A DNA stretch of 63,886 nucleotides, counting the filler, from Bigelowiella natans CCMP2755 (lineage: Eukaryota > Protista > Cercozoa): NCBI GenBank assembly GCA_000320545.1. It is 4 parts of 4 records of this genome, joined end to end, with 100 filler letters (N's around TTAATTAATTAA, not from the genome) between each part and the next. Parts side by side here need not be neighbours in the genome. Positions count along the whole stretch, not along the records: positions 34,005 to 61,953 come from ADNK01003012.1; 3 more parts are not named here. The stretch is one strand, 5' to 3'. A program made the translations under genes and the position numbers. The notes beneath the pieces are model-generated. The model had not been told where the DNA came from. It ran no database searches and saw only the letters and a program-made list of their open reading frames with translations. Below, piece by piece: positions 35,449-49,600 of the stretch (within the stretch, counting starts at the first letter, position 1; the number at the start of each line of letters is the position of its first letter).

Positions 35449-37431
35449 TAGATAGAGCCTTCATCATTAAATTACTTCTTGGTCCATTACTGAGCAGCAG
35501 CTGCTTATGCCTCCCATTCACGTATGTTACTATCTTCGCGTTATTACAACACATCTCACTATAGGTGTTTGCTTGGGAGGAAACACCACCTTCTCTGACG
35601 TCACTCGGGACTTCTACTTTGAACGCAATGGTACATAAGAAAGAATCACTTCAAGTCAACATCCCCACCTTGTTTTCTCGATATAGTCATAGAACATGTA
35701 GTCGATGACCGGAAATTCAATTCAACAATCATTATAGAGTGAATGAATGAATATCCAACCGTATCATCATCGATGTGGTAGGCCCTAGGTGTGGAAGCTA
35801 AGACAACGTCGATGGGTGGCATGCAGCTAACACCGCTAGAGGTTCCAATGGCTGCTTCTCCAGGTCGTTCATACTTTCCTCATTTTGTCAATAAAGTGAT
35901 GAATGTATAAGAGCCTCGCACCCAATTGATTTTCGAAGAAGGTCGTCCTATTAATCCCCCCCTCCCCTCCTTTTTACTGCGTGATCCTGCAACTATCAGG
36001 TGGAGGGTGTCTAGTAGCGTTGAATGCGGGGATCGTTCACGGCAAAATAGCAGGGTAAAGCCAACTAAAGATTACAGGGCTAGGAAGCTCATCTTTTGTA
36101 GTCATCGTTATTCGTACGATCATCAATACCACTACCTTTTCGCTAACGAGTTGATATTTCCTAATTTTTTTACAAATCAGGAAACTAGTGTTTCAGACGG
36201 ATGTTCTGGAGCGAGACAGTGGAAAGCGTATGGCCAGGTATTATGATTGAGATCAGAAGAGAGCATATCAACGTTGAATTTCTTCTACGGGGTACTAGAT
36301 AAGATATGGTGTGTGTCAATCCTATTAGGCATTTTGAAGAATTGGCATCATCATTAGCTGCTACTGGCGAGGCTGCAACCTCGTCGATGAAAGTAGGAAC
36401 TTAGACAGCCTCTCTCTCCCTCTCTGTGGTCTGATGAGAAGATATAATATTATTGCTGTTTTGATGTTGTAATGATTGAGGTTGTGATGGTGTACACTGC
36501 CTACTTCCTTTGACATAGATATCGGATCTCTCCATGGTTTCGAGGGAAGAGTATGACCTGGTGAGCCGCCATTTCGATGTGTGCGGCGTGTGTGTATGAA
36601 AGAAGATTGGATCAGTGAATAAGAGAACAAATAGGTGTGGAGCGGTATAGTATAACCGCCGTCACACTTTCATCATTTGTCGAGCAATTGTGATTGAAGA
36701 CAATATGATGATTCCATGTGGACATCATATCGACACTACATTGTGTGAATGTTATTTCTCCCAGTTGTTATTCCACGTTATAAAATGAATCATCTTGCTA
36801 TTGCATGCCACAATCAGCTTCTTGGAACTTTCAACGGAAGGAAGAAGGAGCTACCCAAGAAAAAGTTCCTGCATCACCTGGTTGAGGTAGGAAACAATAT
36901 TATTTATTATTACCGAAAATCGTGAAAATTATTGTAGTTGCTACTGGCACTATTATTGCTTGGAAAGCACAATACACATCGCACACTACTACCAACCACC
37001 ACTGCTACTGCTGCAACTAATACAACTACTACCACACACTTTGTACACAACTTTCTTTCAGGATGCAGTCCTACAACACCCCGACACTATCGCTATTGAG
37101 TCTAAACTCGGCAGGTGCATATGTGAGCTCCATTCTGTAGTTCGTATTAGGCGTTCAGTGATTACTTTTCCACAGTTTTTGCACGGCATGACTTGAAGAA
37201 ATCTTCGTCGTCCTATTAATTATTGCACTACGCACTTGTTCATTAATCGAATCAATGAAATACCTAACAATTTGCAGTTTGACGTATAAAGAGTTAAACG
37301 ATCAAGCAAATTGTTTGGGTAATATATATGGTGTTTGTAGCAATACGGGTCTCTCCTCTCTACTTTTCCTTATGATATTAATGCGTAACATATTACTACT
37401 GAGTGCAAAATATTAATGGCTTATATGTATA

Positions 37432-37476
<45 letters not shown>

Positions 37477-37665
37477 TATATGTTGGCAGCTCGTTATCTT
37501 CGATTCTTATCCGTTGGAATTGACCGCCCTGTTCCTGTAATGATGCCGCGATCTCCAAAACTATTTGTGGTGTTGCTGGCAATACTTAAATCTGGAGGCT
37601 GCTGCATGCCCCTGGTACTACTAATACTACTACTACTCTTTCTACAACAACAACAGCTAGTACTA

Positions 37666-37696
<31 letters not shown>

Positions 37697-40540
37697 ATTA
37701 ACCGGTTTTTATGGTTACTTTCGGGTCCTTTGGAACATATTTATGTGTTAAATGGTAGTTGTTTTCCTAATGTTGCAACAACAACTATCTAGGATCCTGA
37801 TTATCCGGAATCAAGGCTGAAATATATGCTTCGAGAGTCTCAGGTGCGTTATCCATTAGTGGTAATGGGTTATAGTACTTGTGACAGTAATGGCATTATC
37901 GGCCCACTTCGTCAGCATCACCATCAACCTCTAAACAAGGTTTTTTTGGCGCGGACCTACTGCATTATTTAGGCAAAATTAATAATAACTACCAGCAAGT
38001 TGAAGAGAGTGATTCCAATTGAAAGTCTCTCCTCCTCCTCCTCCTCCTCCTCCTCCTCAGCAGGGCCTTTAAAGGTCGGTGCTAAGTTATTGGATATGAT
38101 ATCTTAAAATACCCACACTAGTAACGCTGAGCATGCACCTAAAGCCCTTGAATCATGCCATTAGCAGGTTGCTACTGCTCCTGAGATCCTTGAAGTTGAT
38201 GATACAATCTTTTGGGAAACGATTGTAAGTCCCGGGAACAATCGAGATAACCTTGCGGTACTGAAGATATAATCTCTTCCAATTGATGATATTATTGCAT
38301 ATGTAGTCACCTGATTAGTACTGTTTTCCTCCCTTTTGGAATAACAGAGCATGCCTTCGGCTAGTACTTCTGATTTAGCCTATTTGCTTTACACCTCGGG
38401 ATCGACTGGGAAACCAAAAGGTAGTTTGCTTTTGCTTCTTCCAGCAGCAACATATCGAAGCCTCAGAATGATGATGACGATCATGATGACGATGACGACG
38501 ACGATGATGATGATCGCGACTGTTTTTCATTATTGTATAAGATTTGATGGGGTAATGATTTCTATTATGATCCAATACAGGAGTTATGCTCCGTCATTGC
38601 GGTCTGGTGAATTACGTACTGTGGCATATTGAGTTTTATGAGCAAAGTAATGATCAGTCACACTGTGAGATCACCCTCCTCCCCCCATCCCCTTGATTCT
38701 TCCTCTCGCCTTGTTGCAGCAGTTGTTTCTAACTTCTTTTTCCGATGGCGGTAGCATCTGAAGATAGAGCCGGTCATGTGGCAAGCACAGCCTTCGATGC
38801 GTCAATGGCCGAAACATGGTATACTAATCACACACGTATACTCTAATCACTTCATTAAGCGTTTTATCCTTGTTCACTCATCGTTGTCCATCATCATTTA
38901 TAACCCGCTCTGCTGATTCAAACAGGCCAACTCTCTGTTCTGGGGGTACTCTCGTGTTGTTGCCTGATTCCAATATTCGGTTGGATCCAAAGCTGCTCTG
39001 TGAATGGTATGCTGATGAAGGTAATAAGGAGATACTAATAACACTACAGGAGCTTCTAACAGAAGAGAAGAAATTGCAAAAAAATGTTTTCACCCTCGTG
39101 TTATGTGATTCACTTTAATACGTCCCATGTGTCTAATTCCCATCACTAGTGTCCCATGTGTCTAATTCCCATCACTAGTGTAAAGAGTGACTCGATTGTT
39201 GACCTTAACCATACCCACAGGCATTCATATTTCCTTCCTTACAACTCAACTGGCGGAAAGCGTTCTCGCTCTCGGAAGCGCCTCTGCACCTAGCACAGCT
39301 GCTGCTGCTGCTGATACTCCAGCAGTCAAGAAATCGATGGCCGATGCAGGGAAGGCTACGAATAAACTGCTCGTACCAACTCCAACCTCCCGCAGTAATG
39401 TTGATAAGATCTTAGATGCAGCTTCTGGTTCTGCTTATCCTAAACACCTCCGACTACGAATCTTATTCACTGGTGGAGATAAACTGCATGGTGGCCCTCC
39501 AAAGAGCGCCCCATTCGAGCTTGTACGTGTTCTAACACTGCTGCTGCTAATACGTTCTTCAACACCCCCCCCCCCCCCCCCTTTCCTGCAACGCGTCTTG
39601 GTTTCACTTGAACAATAGCCTAAGTTCAGGATTTTATGCTTTTTGTTCGCTTTGAAAGGTGAATATTTATGGACCGACTGAAGCAACAATTAATGTAACC
39701 CTCTGCAAAGTTCCCCATGGCCAGGCGACACCACCTCCGATTGGCAAACCGGTAACAACCAAACAACAGCAGTTGCAGTAATAGCAGTTTTTGTATGATC
39801 GTAAAGCAAGAAGAGGCCAGCATGTTCGTATTAATTGAGAGATGTCGGTGAAATACCTAGTGTAGTTCAGTGGCGGATGGTGCTGGATGGAATATGTTGG
39901 GAATATATAATCCGTCGGCACATTTCTATGAATGATCTAAAATGATTTGGTTTTTTAATGATTATATTTTTAAAAAGTATTATTGTTGTTATTCCTAACA
40001 GGTTCCAAATATGCGAGTGTATATTCTCACTCAAAACTTGAAGCCATGCCCGCTTGGTGTTTATGGAGACTTATATATCGCAGGGGTTTATTCCAACAAA
40101 CTAAATAATAACCACTATCCTCACTACAACGGGATTGAATGTTCTAATTTTCTCCTTTTACTTACATTATACAGGTGCAACTTGCGAGAGGGTATCTCAA
40201 TAGGCCTGATTTGACGAGAGAACGTTTCCTTCCTGATCCATTCTTTGTTTCTACCCGCGAAGAAAAGCAGGGAGTGAAGGAAGGAGGAGGACGAGAAGGC
40301 GGTCCTGAGGAAAGTAGGATGTATAAAACAGGAGATGGTAGTATCTACGACAACTGTACAAAGAACTAACAAATTTATCTTGAAATTTAGAATTATATCT
40401 GCAACTACTACCCATGTATTCCATCGTGATTTTGACGTTTGTTCTGTGTGGTGATGTTCCTTGGCGTAGTTGCACGGTTTCTTCCATCTGGAGAGGTAGA
40501 GTTCCTGGGTCGAAGAGATACACAGGTACACACAAATATC

Positions 40541-40620
<80 letters not shown>

Positions 40621-43600
40621 GAGAATGATATATCCTAAATTCTTCCTCTCTGCTGTGTTGTGCATGCAGGTTAAAATTCGTGGGTACAGAATTGAGCTTG
40701 GAGAAATTGAGACAGTCCTTATAAGCGTTCCTGAGATATCCGCTGCAACGGTCATTGCTAGAGGGGAGGAAGATTCAATGAATAGTGGCAAAATTCTTGT
40801 TGCTTATATTGTCCCAGTTAACTCAATAGGCGTGAAACTTAAGGTACCAATCACAACAGCAATGATTGCAATTTGGTGATCGATCTTTTTATATCATTTT
40901 AAGTGCAGCATTATTGGTATATACCCTGCCATTACTTTACACATTTTCCTGCAATCTTGATCACTATAGCGGTGCTGTTTTGATGAGTGACGATGAAAAA
41001 GGATGGTAACGTCGATGGTGAATGGATGATTGGATATAACTGTTCGTATACTGTTGCAGGGTACCAATGAAGACAAAGGCCAGCAAACCGAAGTAAAGGA
41101 AGATAAAGATTCTATGGATTTTATTCGCCTAAAAGCAAGTGATGCTGTGAAGGCTGCACTACCTGCATATATGGTCCCAACAGCCTATGTGGTGCTTCCG
41201 TCTCTTCCTCTCACTCCCAATGGAAAGATAAAGAGGAATGCTTTGCCTGCCCCATGCGCTCAGGACATGAGGGCTACAGATGGGAAGAAACACTACAAAT
41301 ACACTGCGCCCTCCAGTAAAGCTGAGTGTCTGATTGCTGATGCTGTTGCGGATACTTTGGGGTTATCCAGGACCGGAATATCTATGTCTGATAGCTTTTT
41401 CTCCCTCGGTGGCCATTCTCTCAGTGTGTCAAGACTTTTGAGCAGAATAAGGATATTAGGCATCATGCATCTTTCAATAACAGATGTGTATAAATCTCCG
41501 ACACTAAAAGACCTTGCTTCTCTTCTTACCGACGAGCAAGCTACTAATCGATTAGCATTATTACGTGGCGGTGGTGATGTTGATAGCATCGAAAAGACTG
41601 GACAACAGGCACTTGTGAATAATACAGAGAACACTGAGAAACTAGTTTCAGATCGAGACCGCCAAAACAATAATACCCTTACACCTAATATAGATTCAGG
41701 AGAAAGGAAAGATAGACCGCTATTATTGCTTGAAGATGAAGGTCGGGAAAGCGATTTGAAAGAGGAAAATGCGCCTTATTCTTCCTTATCCCAAGCACCG
41801 AATTTCACTATGACCTTGGAACAAATAGAAAAAATGTATTCATGTAAAGATCAAGAAGGGATGCATTTGTCGTTTAATCAAGAATCAATGTACACTCAGC
41901 ATAGACGAAACTCTAATGCTAGTAGAGCATATAATACAAGATTTGCTGCAGAGATGAAAAGAGAGGAAGTTGACTTCAAACGGCTGCGAAAGTGTCTATG
42001 GATGCTTCATAAGCACCATACTTCACTTCGCACACGCTTTTCACCTGGAAAAGATGGAGATTCCCCTCGTCAGCATATAGTTCCTTTATCTTCGTTTGAA
42101 ATGGATTATGTTGAGATCGACGACTTCAAGCAGCAATCTCAAAATCTACTCAAAGAAGTGCGAAATCTGGCCAGCAAGAGATTTGACCTGGAGAAGGGAA
42201 ATGTCTCGAGGATAATAATAGCTCACAAGCAAGATGGCAAGACAAGTATATTCACATGGGCAATACACCATATTTCCATCGATCTATGGAGTTTTGCAGA
42301 ATTACTCTCAAGCTTGGGAAAAGCATACGCTTCAACAGGAAACCCATCAATGACAGTACAGGGTCCTCCTCCTCTCCAGTATATTCAAGTAGTTCCATCA
42401 TTAAGAAATTGGGAATCCGAGCGGAAGGAAAAGGTGCATGGTTTCTGGCAACAGACCTTAGCACCGCCATTGCCGGTATTGGATATGCCATTGGATAGAC
42501 CACGACCGCCAAAGCAAAGCTATAGAGGAGCTTCCATGGGGCTGGACATACCTCCTGAGCTTGCAACAAGAATCAGGGCATTAGCCATGGGAGAAGGCGT
42601 CTCCCTCAATACACTGATGCTTACTGCGTATTTCATTTTGCTTCAAAAATATACGCACCAAGACGACCTCATCGTCGGGGTTCCAACAGCCGGAAGAGAC
42701 CAGCTTGAACATGAACGATGTTGTGGCTACTTCGTCAATCCTGTACCCTTGAGGCTCTCCCTGATTGGAGATCCACGATTCGTAGATACTCTGAAAAGGG
42801 CACATTTAGCCCTCACGCAGGCCATGGAGCATTCCACTATTCCCATCGCTGAGCTGGTGAAATCCGTTGTGAAAGTTGGTAAAAGAGATACAAGTAGGCC
42901 CATGCTGTTCCAGACGCTCTTTGTCACTCAAAAGCCTCACAAACTAGGAAATGAAGGGTTGGCATTCTTCTTCACGGATACGCCTGGAGTATCGCTGCAA
43001 CTAGAAGCACACGATTCGGCAGCAACAAAATCTCCACCCTCTGGTGGCTCTCATAAGTTGGAGATGAAGTCTTTCGTGCTTGGACAAGAATTCGCAGAAT
43101 ATGATATTGCCGTCATGATTGCTGAATCTCCAGCAAGGCTAGCAGCTAGTTTCCAATACAACACTGATATATTCAATAAAGATACAATCAACCGTTTTTC
43201 GAGGCACTACCTTGCTATATTATCATCAATTGTTAGAAATCCAAGCGCCTATCTCTCCAAGGTGTCTGCAGTGCCTCCCTGTGAGTACCGTGATATTATG
43301 CGGTGGAATAGTGTCAAATTACCTTTTCAAACAAGAAAGTGCTTGCACGAGATTGTAGAAGAAACGGTACAAAGGCATCCTGATAGCGTTGCTGTGGAGG
43401 GTGTGGTTGGTGGAGGGAAGAAAGAGCGACAACAATTTACCTATCGGAAGCTGAATGAAAAGGCGAATCAATTGGCACATTACCTGCGCTTCAAAGGAGT
43501 TGAGAGTAATAGTTTGGTGCTAATCTTACTTAAGAGATGTCCGACGTATATCGTCTCCCTGCTTGCAGTTCTAAAAGCTGGAGGAGCTTGTGTACCAATC

Positions 43601-46600
43601 GACCCAAAGTATCCTCCGGAAAGAATCAAACACATAGTTGAACTTGCTGGTTCAAACTGCCTTGTTTTGACAGAGAAGAAACTATTTGAGGAGAAGTTTC
43701 CTAATTTCTTTTCGGAAAAGAAGAATGCAGCCACTTCTACTTCATCGTATTTGCAGCAGCAACAACAACAACAACAAAAGCAACAACGACCGTATCCTCT
43801 TCCCCCTCTTTTCCTAGATTCAGATAGCAATCTGTCAAAGCTTTTAGCGCGAGGATGCACTGAAAATCTACCTAGAGCACCAAATCTTTCGCCAGAAAGT
43901 ACTGCATTTGTCATTTTTACTTCCGGAAGTACCGGTAAACCTAAGGGTGTCATGTTGCGACATCGAGGATTGGCGGCTTACATCGCTTGGCATATTGAAA
44001 AATTTGAAATGTCTCAGAGTGACAGGGTTTCGCACCTTGCATCCGTAGCATTTGATGCCTCTATGGCGGAGACCTGGCCAACACTGGCTATTGGTGGTAC
44101 TTTGGTTCAAATACCAGCAGGAGAACGAAGGGTTGTTGCAGATTCAAAGTGCTTCGATCGATGGATCACAGAAAACAAAATCACAGTATCCTTTCTACCT
44201 ACTGTTGTTCTGGAAGCATTTCTTGATATGAAGCACGATAACTGCCATCATGCTTTGAGGCTAGTTTTTACAGGCGGAGATAAGCTACACCGAGGACCAC
44301 AGAAGGGGGCAAAGTATGCTGTTTTGAACAACTATGGGCCTTGCGAAAACACAATTGGATGTACATGCATAGAGGTGCCATTCGACTACAAGCCTCCGCC
44401 CTTTATCATCGGCTCACCAGCTCCAAATACACAATTGTTTGTACTGGATGATCATAGGCAGATGTGTCCAATCGGCGTCAGTGGAGAGATTTACCTTGGT
44501 GGCCAGCAACTAGCCAAAGGGTATCTCGCTCGAAAAGATCTGACAAACCAACGATTCGTTGCATCTCCATTTAATCCTTCTGAACGCATTTACAAAACAG
44601 GGGATATGGGGCGATATTTACCTGGTGGCCAAGTAGAGTTTCTGGGTAGACGTGATACACAAGTCAAAATAAGAGGAAATAGAATCGAAATGGGGGAGGT
44701 TGAGGCAGCGTTTCTATCCTTCAAAGGGGTTAGAGAAGTATGTGTTGTGTGTCGTGAAGATGATGATGGAGCTGGTGGGCGGCCTCGTAAGTCATTGGTA
44801 GCATATGTTGTACCACAAAGCGGATTCTTAACAGAACAGAATAGCTATTCCAAACGCAAAGAAGGCGGTGAAAAAGAGAAAACAAACACGGGAAAAGAAA
44901 TGCAAGCATCACGCACCAGTAGTTCTTCTTCGAATGGTAGAAAGCTTGGTCAAAATGATCATCGGTTGGATTTGAGATCGCTGCGAGGGCATTTGAGGGC
45001 TACGTTACCAGAATTTATGGTTCCTTCTGCTATCGTTGTCCTCGAGCGATTTCCTCTCACTCCCAATGCTAAAATAGACCGTAGAGGCTTACCTCGCCCA
45101 GAAAGCGATGATGTGGCAGCAGGAGCTGACCGAATAGCTCCTCGCACGCCAGCAGAAACTACCGTGATCTCTGTTGCAGAGCAGGTTCTGGGTCTCCCCA
45201 AGAATAGTGTGGGAATGAATGATAACTTCTTCGACTTAGGAGGCCATTCACTGTTGGCTGCAAAGTTGGTATCTCATTTGGAGGTACAGCTTACAATCAC
45301 AGTGCCATTCGCTGCCATCTTTGACGAGCCTAATTTCGGGGCTTTGACACGACGCATTACTCTAGCTCGCTCCAATCCAAACGCAGCCCAACGAATACAA
45401 GACATTAAAGTCATCAAAAGAGAGGAATCAAACACAGTGGAAATAGGGACTCCGAGAAGTCCATTTGGAGATTATGACTCAAAATTTGCCGCACCACGAC
45501 TATCAGGAGATAGAAAACAGATGAGACGTTCGAATTCCTCCTTTACTATGCTCACCCAATCATCAGATGGCAACCGATATGGACCCAAGTCGTACAAAGA
45601 TTCTCCGATGTCTGAATTCTTGCAACAACAGCAACACATATATGATGAGAACAACATGGATGCTGCCGCTGTTCCGAGCAACCCTCTCACTCCAATGCGT
45701 TTAGTGTCGGAGGACACATCTGCAGCGGTTGGCATCATGGATGACGACATCACACAACAGACTGAAGGAACTGAACGCGCAGGTACTGATATCGTAATAA
45801 ACAGTGGTAATAGTCCCAGAACAGCGCGTCTTGCTCCACCAGCCTCTGCTCTGGCTACTTCTCCCTTCTCGTACTCGCATTTAACTTTAGGAACTACGCC
45901 TTTAAGGACGAGAAGGGGAGGGTTTGCAATAACTCCTTCCGCAGCTGCCTCTAATGAAACACCTCTTCATCGTGGGGGTGATGGTAATAGTAGTGTTGCT
46001 AGCAGGGAAGTTGCAGGAGCAGTCTCACCATCACTACAATTTGAGCCTGGGGAAGGGTATATGACTTACAATCAGCAGAGTCTTTGGTTCATGCACTCGC
46101 TTGATGTTGCAGCTTCAAACGCGTATAAATGTTCATTTGCTATGGAGGTTGCAGGAGATCTCAATGGTGGTAAGGCATGCACGTGGGAAGACAAGTACAC
46201 AACAATCCGTGCTGCTTTTCAGCGCTTGGTTGATTCACACTCTAGTCTTCGTACAAGTTTTTGCGAGAGAAGAGGACAACCTGTCCAGAAAATCAGATCT
46301 CCTGGCTCTCCTGTAGATATTAAAGTAGTAGAAGAAGAAGGTAAGGGGGGGGCTCGATCAAGATGGCAGCACAATGACAACTCAAAGAATTTGCTTCTGC
46401 AAGCAATTCAATCCGAGTTGGAAGAGCCATTTGATTTAGAGACGGGTCCTATAGCGCGAATGCGTATTTTCCCATTATCACCATCGTCATCGTCATCGCC
46501 ATCATCGCCTTGGGCAGTTATAGTTTTTGTTGCTCACCACATCGTTGTCGATGGTTGGTCGGTCAAACAAATACTTCTTCCCAAGTTCAAGCAATATCTC

Positions 46601-49600
46601 CAAAATGAAATTAGGACGCCATCTTCCTCCTTGCTAGAAATAACACAAGATTTTGAATCTGATGATGATGCCGCTGGCGACGCTATTGATTATGCACTAT
46701 GGCAGCAAGGCTTAGTTCGGGGAGGGGAGGGAAGAAGGTTGTGGAATTACTGGAAAAGGCAGTTAGCTGGTCCATTACCTACCTTGGAAATACCAACCGA
46801 TTTTCCTAGACCTCCTCGGCAATCATTTGAAGGAGGGTTGTATTCAATAGATATCCCCAACACATTAGCTGCTAAGCTCATGGCAACAAGTAAGAAGGAA
46901 AGGGCGACTCTTTTCATGATTTTTGCAGCTGCATACTTTACACTATTGCATCGGTACACATCGCAGGTGGATATTATAGTCGGAACCCCAATGGCATGCA
47001 GAGGAAGAAGTGACGTAGAAAGTTTAGTAGCCCATCTTGTCAATCCAGTAGCACTAAGGATCAATATTTCTGGTGATCCCTCATTGAAAGAATTGATCAA
47101 ACGAATTCGGACTGCTACTGTAGGAGCTTTCACGCATCAAGAACTTCCGTTCCCTCTTATTGCAGAAAGAATCCAAAAATATCGGGATTCATCACGAAAT
47201 CCTGTATTCCAAGCACTATTCGCTCTGAATCAGTTCTCTAGCTCCAAACACGAGAATATAAATAGTGCTCAAGGCGATGAAAAGTCCAGTAGTAGTCCGG
47301 AGATTTCTCACACTTGTCCCAGATTTGAATCTGTAGATCTTGGAGAAGTGGGTTCCCCATTTGATCTTCAGTTCATCGTAGATGTCAACGAACCTACCAA
47401 TAGAAGTAGAGGTGAATCGGCTAAGATAACAGCCAAACTTCAATATGCGTCGAGGTTGTTCCTTCCACAAACAATCGAATTTATGGGAAGACATCTGATG
47501 TCCATTTTGAATGCAATTGTCACTGATTCAACAACGCCTGTATCAAAGGTCTTGCTTGTTTCTAGAGACGAAAAGAAAATGCTGCATCAATGGGGTGGGT
47601 ATGATGATTCCACATCCCTGTCACAGAAGAACGGGAGAAACGATACTGGCAGGAGAACAGGGGGAGGAGTTCTTGCTTCTATACTTGGTGCAGCCACCAG
47701 ATTTCCTTCCTCGCTAGCGCTCTGTTCAAAAACCTCTCACTTAACGTACCGCGGTCTCTTGGAATTGTCTGCTCATATTGCAACAGAGATATATGGAAAG
47801 CTAAGATCAAGACTAAGAGAAGATTTGAAGAATGATAGTACCGGTAGTTGTTGTGTGGTTGGAGTCATGATGCAAAGAAGTACAGTGTGGATTGCATCCA
47901 TTATTGCAGTGTGGTTGTTGGGCGCTGCGTATGTTCCAATAGACCCTGATTACCCACAAGCACGCATTCAACATATGCTTAAGGATTCATCCGCAGTAGC
48001 TCTTCTGATTGATAAAGATGTTGGTGACGATGATGACAATGATAATAAAGATAATGGTGCTAATGCAACGACAGCAAAAGTGAAGGGAATTAGTTCAATT
48101 GTTATTCCAATCTCCGGCAAGCTCAGAACAGATGATGGAAAGGTTCCCAATGGCTACTATCATCGAGAGTGGAAAACACCAAAGTATGATCCTACTAGCC
48201 TGGCGTATATCATATATACTTCTGGATCAACAGGGCGGCCAAAGGGGGTCATGGTGCCTCATGGTGCCTTAGCATCTGTGACATCATCTATGAAGAGGGA
48301 ATATAAAATCCAGCATACGCATAGAACTACACAGCTATTTGGGCCTGGATTCGACCCTGTAGGCTTGGAGCTCTGGCCATTTCTCACATCTGGGGCAAGT
48401 ATTCACGTTGTGCCTGAATTACTGCGAAAAGATCCTCCTTCGCTTGTCAAATGGATAAAACGGCAGCAAATAACTCACTGCCAAACTCCAACGCCTATTG
48501 CGCACGCAATGATGAAAGAAAATTGGGAAAATACAGCCCTTCAGGTGATGTCTGCTGGTGGGGAGAAGTTAATGGTTGATTTTATGGGAGAAACAACGGA
48601 ATTTGCTCTGAAATCAGCAAATGAGAACGTGTGTCGTCGGCCGTTTAGGTTTGATAATCACTACGGTCCTAGTGAGTGTACGATAATCGCAACCCTTTTC
48701 AAAGTGCCTGTGGGATTCAAAGGGGGGCCTCCAATAGGAAGGCCTATTTTGGGATGCTTCTGTCTGGTTCTGGAGACAACATCGATAAGGCACGGAGATG
48801 ATGGGGGTGATGCAACAAACAAACGAACAGCACCACAATATTGTCCTTTATTAGCTCCAATAGGTGTATTCGGAGAACTTTGTTTGGCAGGAGATCATCT
48901 AGCCAAAGGGTATCTAAATTTACCCGAAAAGACCTCAAAGACGTTCGTGAATCATCCAAATTATGGCAGAATATACCGAACGGGTGATAGGGCTAGATGG
49001 AATCGTGATGGATACTTAGAATTCGGTGGAAGATTAGACAGACAGGTCAAAGTGCGTGGCTTCAGGATAGAATTGGGAGAAATTGAAACTGCATTGCTCA
49101 GCGCAAGTAGCGCTGTCAAGCAGGTAGCGGTATGTGTAAGGAAGAAATCTGGAGATTACAGTGGGGAAGCTTTGGTGGCGTATGTAGTTCTAGGAGATTC
49201 TAAATCTAGCAGAGCAAGTCAAAAACCAGAACACCTGAAGAATCACGGGGTGCTGGTTCAAAAGCTTGAATTAAGTACAGAAGATGAGGCCACGCTGAGA
49301 GCTTCGGCAAAAGAGGCACTTCCTGAATACATGGTTCCCTCTGTATTTATCAGGCTGTCTAGATTTCCCCTCACACCGAATGGAAAACTAGACAGAAAGG
49401 CTCTACCCATGCCAAATTGGTCTGAAATTGCAGCGAGAAATGCAACAAATATTACTGCATTCGTAGAACCAGAAGGAGCGTATGAAATCAAGGCTGCTCA
49501 AGTGTGGAAGTCTGTCCTCGCTGTAGATGTAATTGGAGCAAATGACAGCTTCTTTGATTTAGGAGGGAATTCTCTCACAGCGTCATCGGTGATTGTCGGG

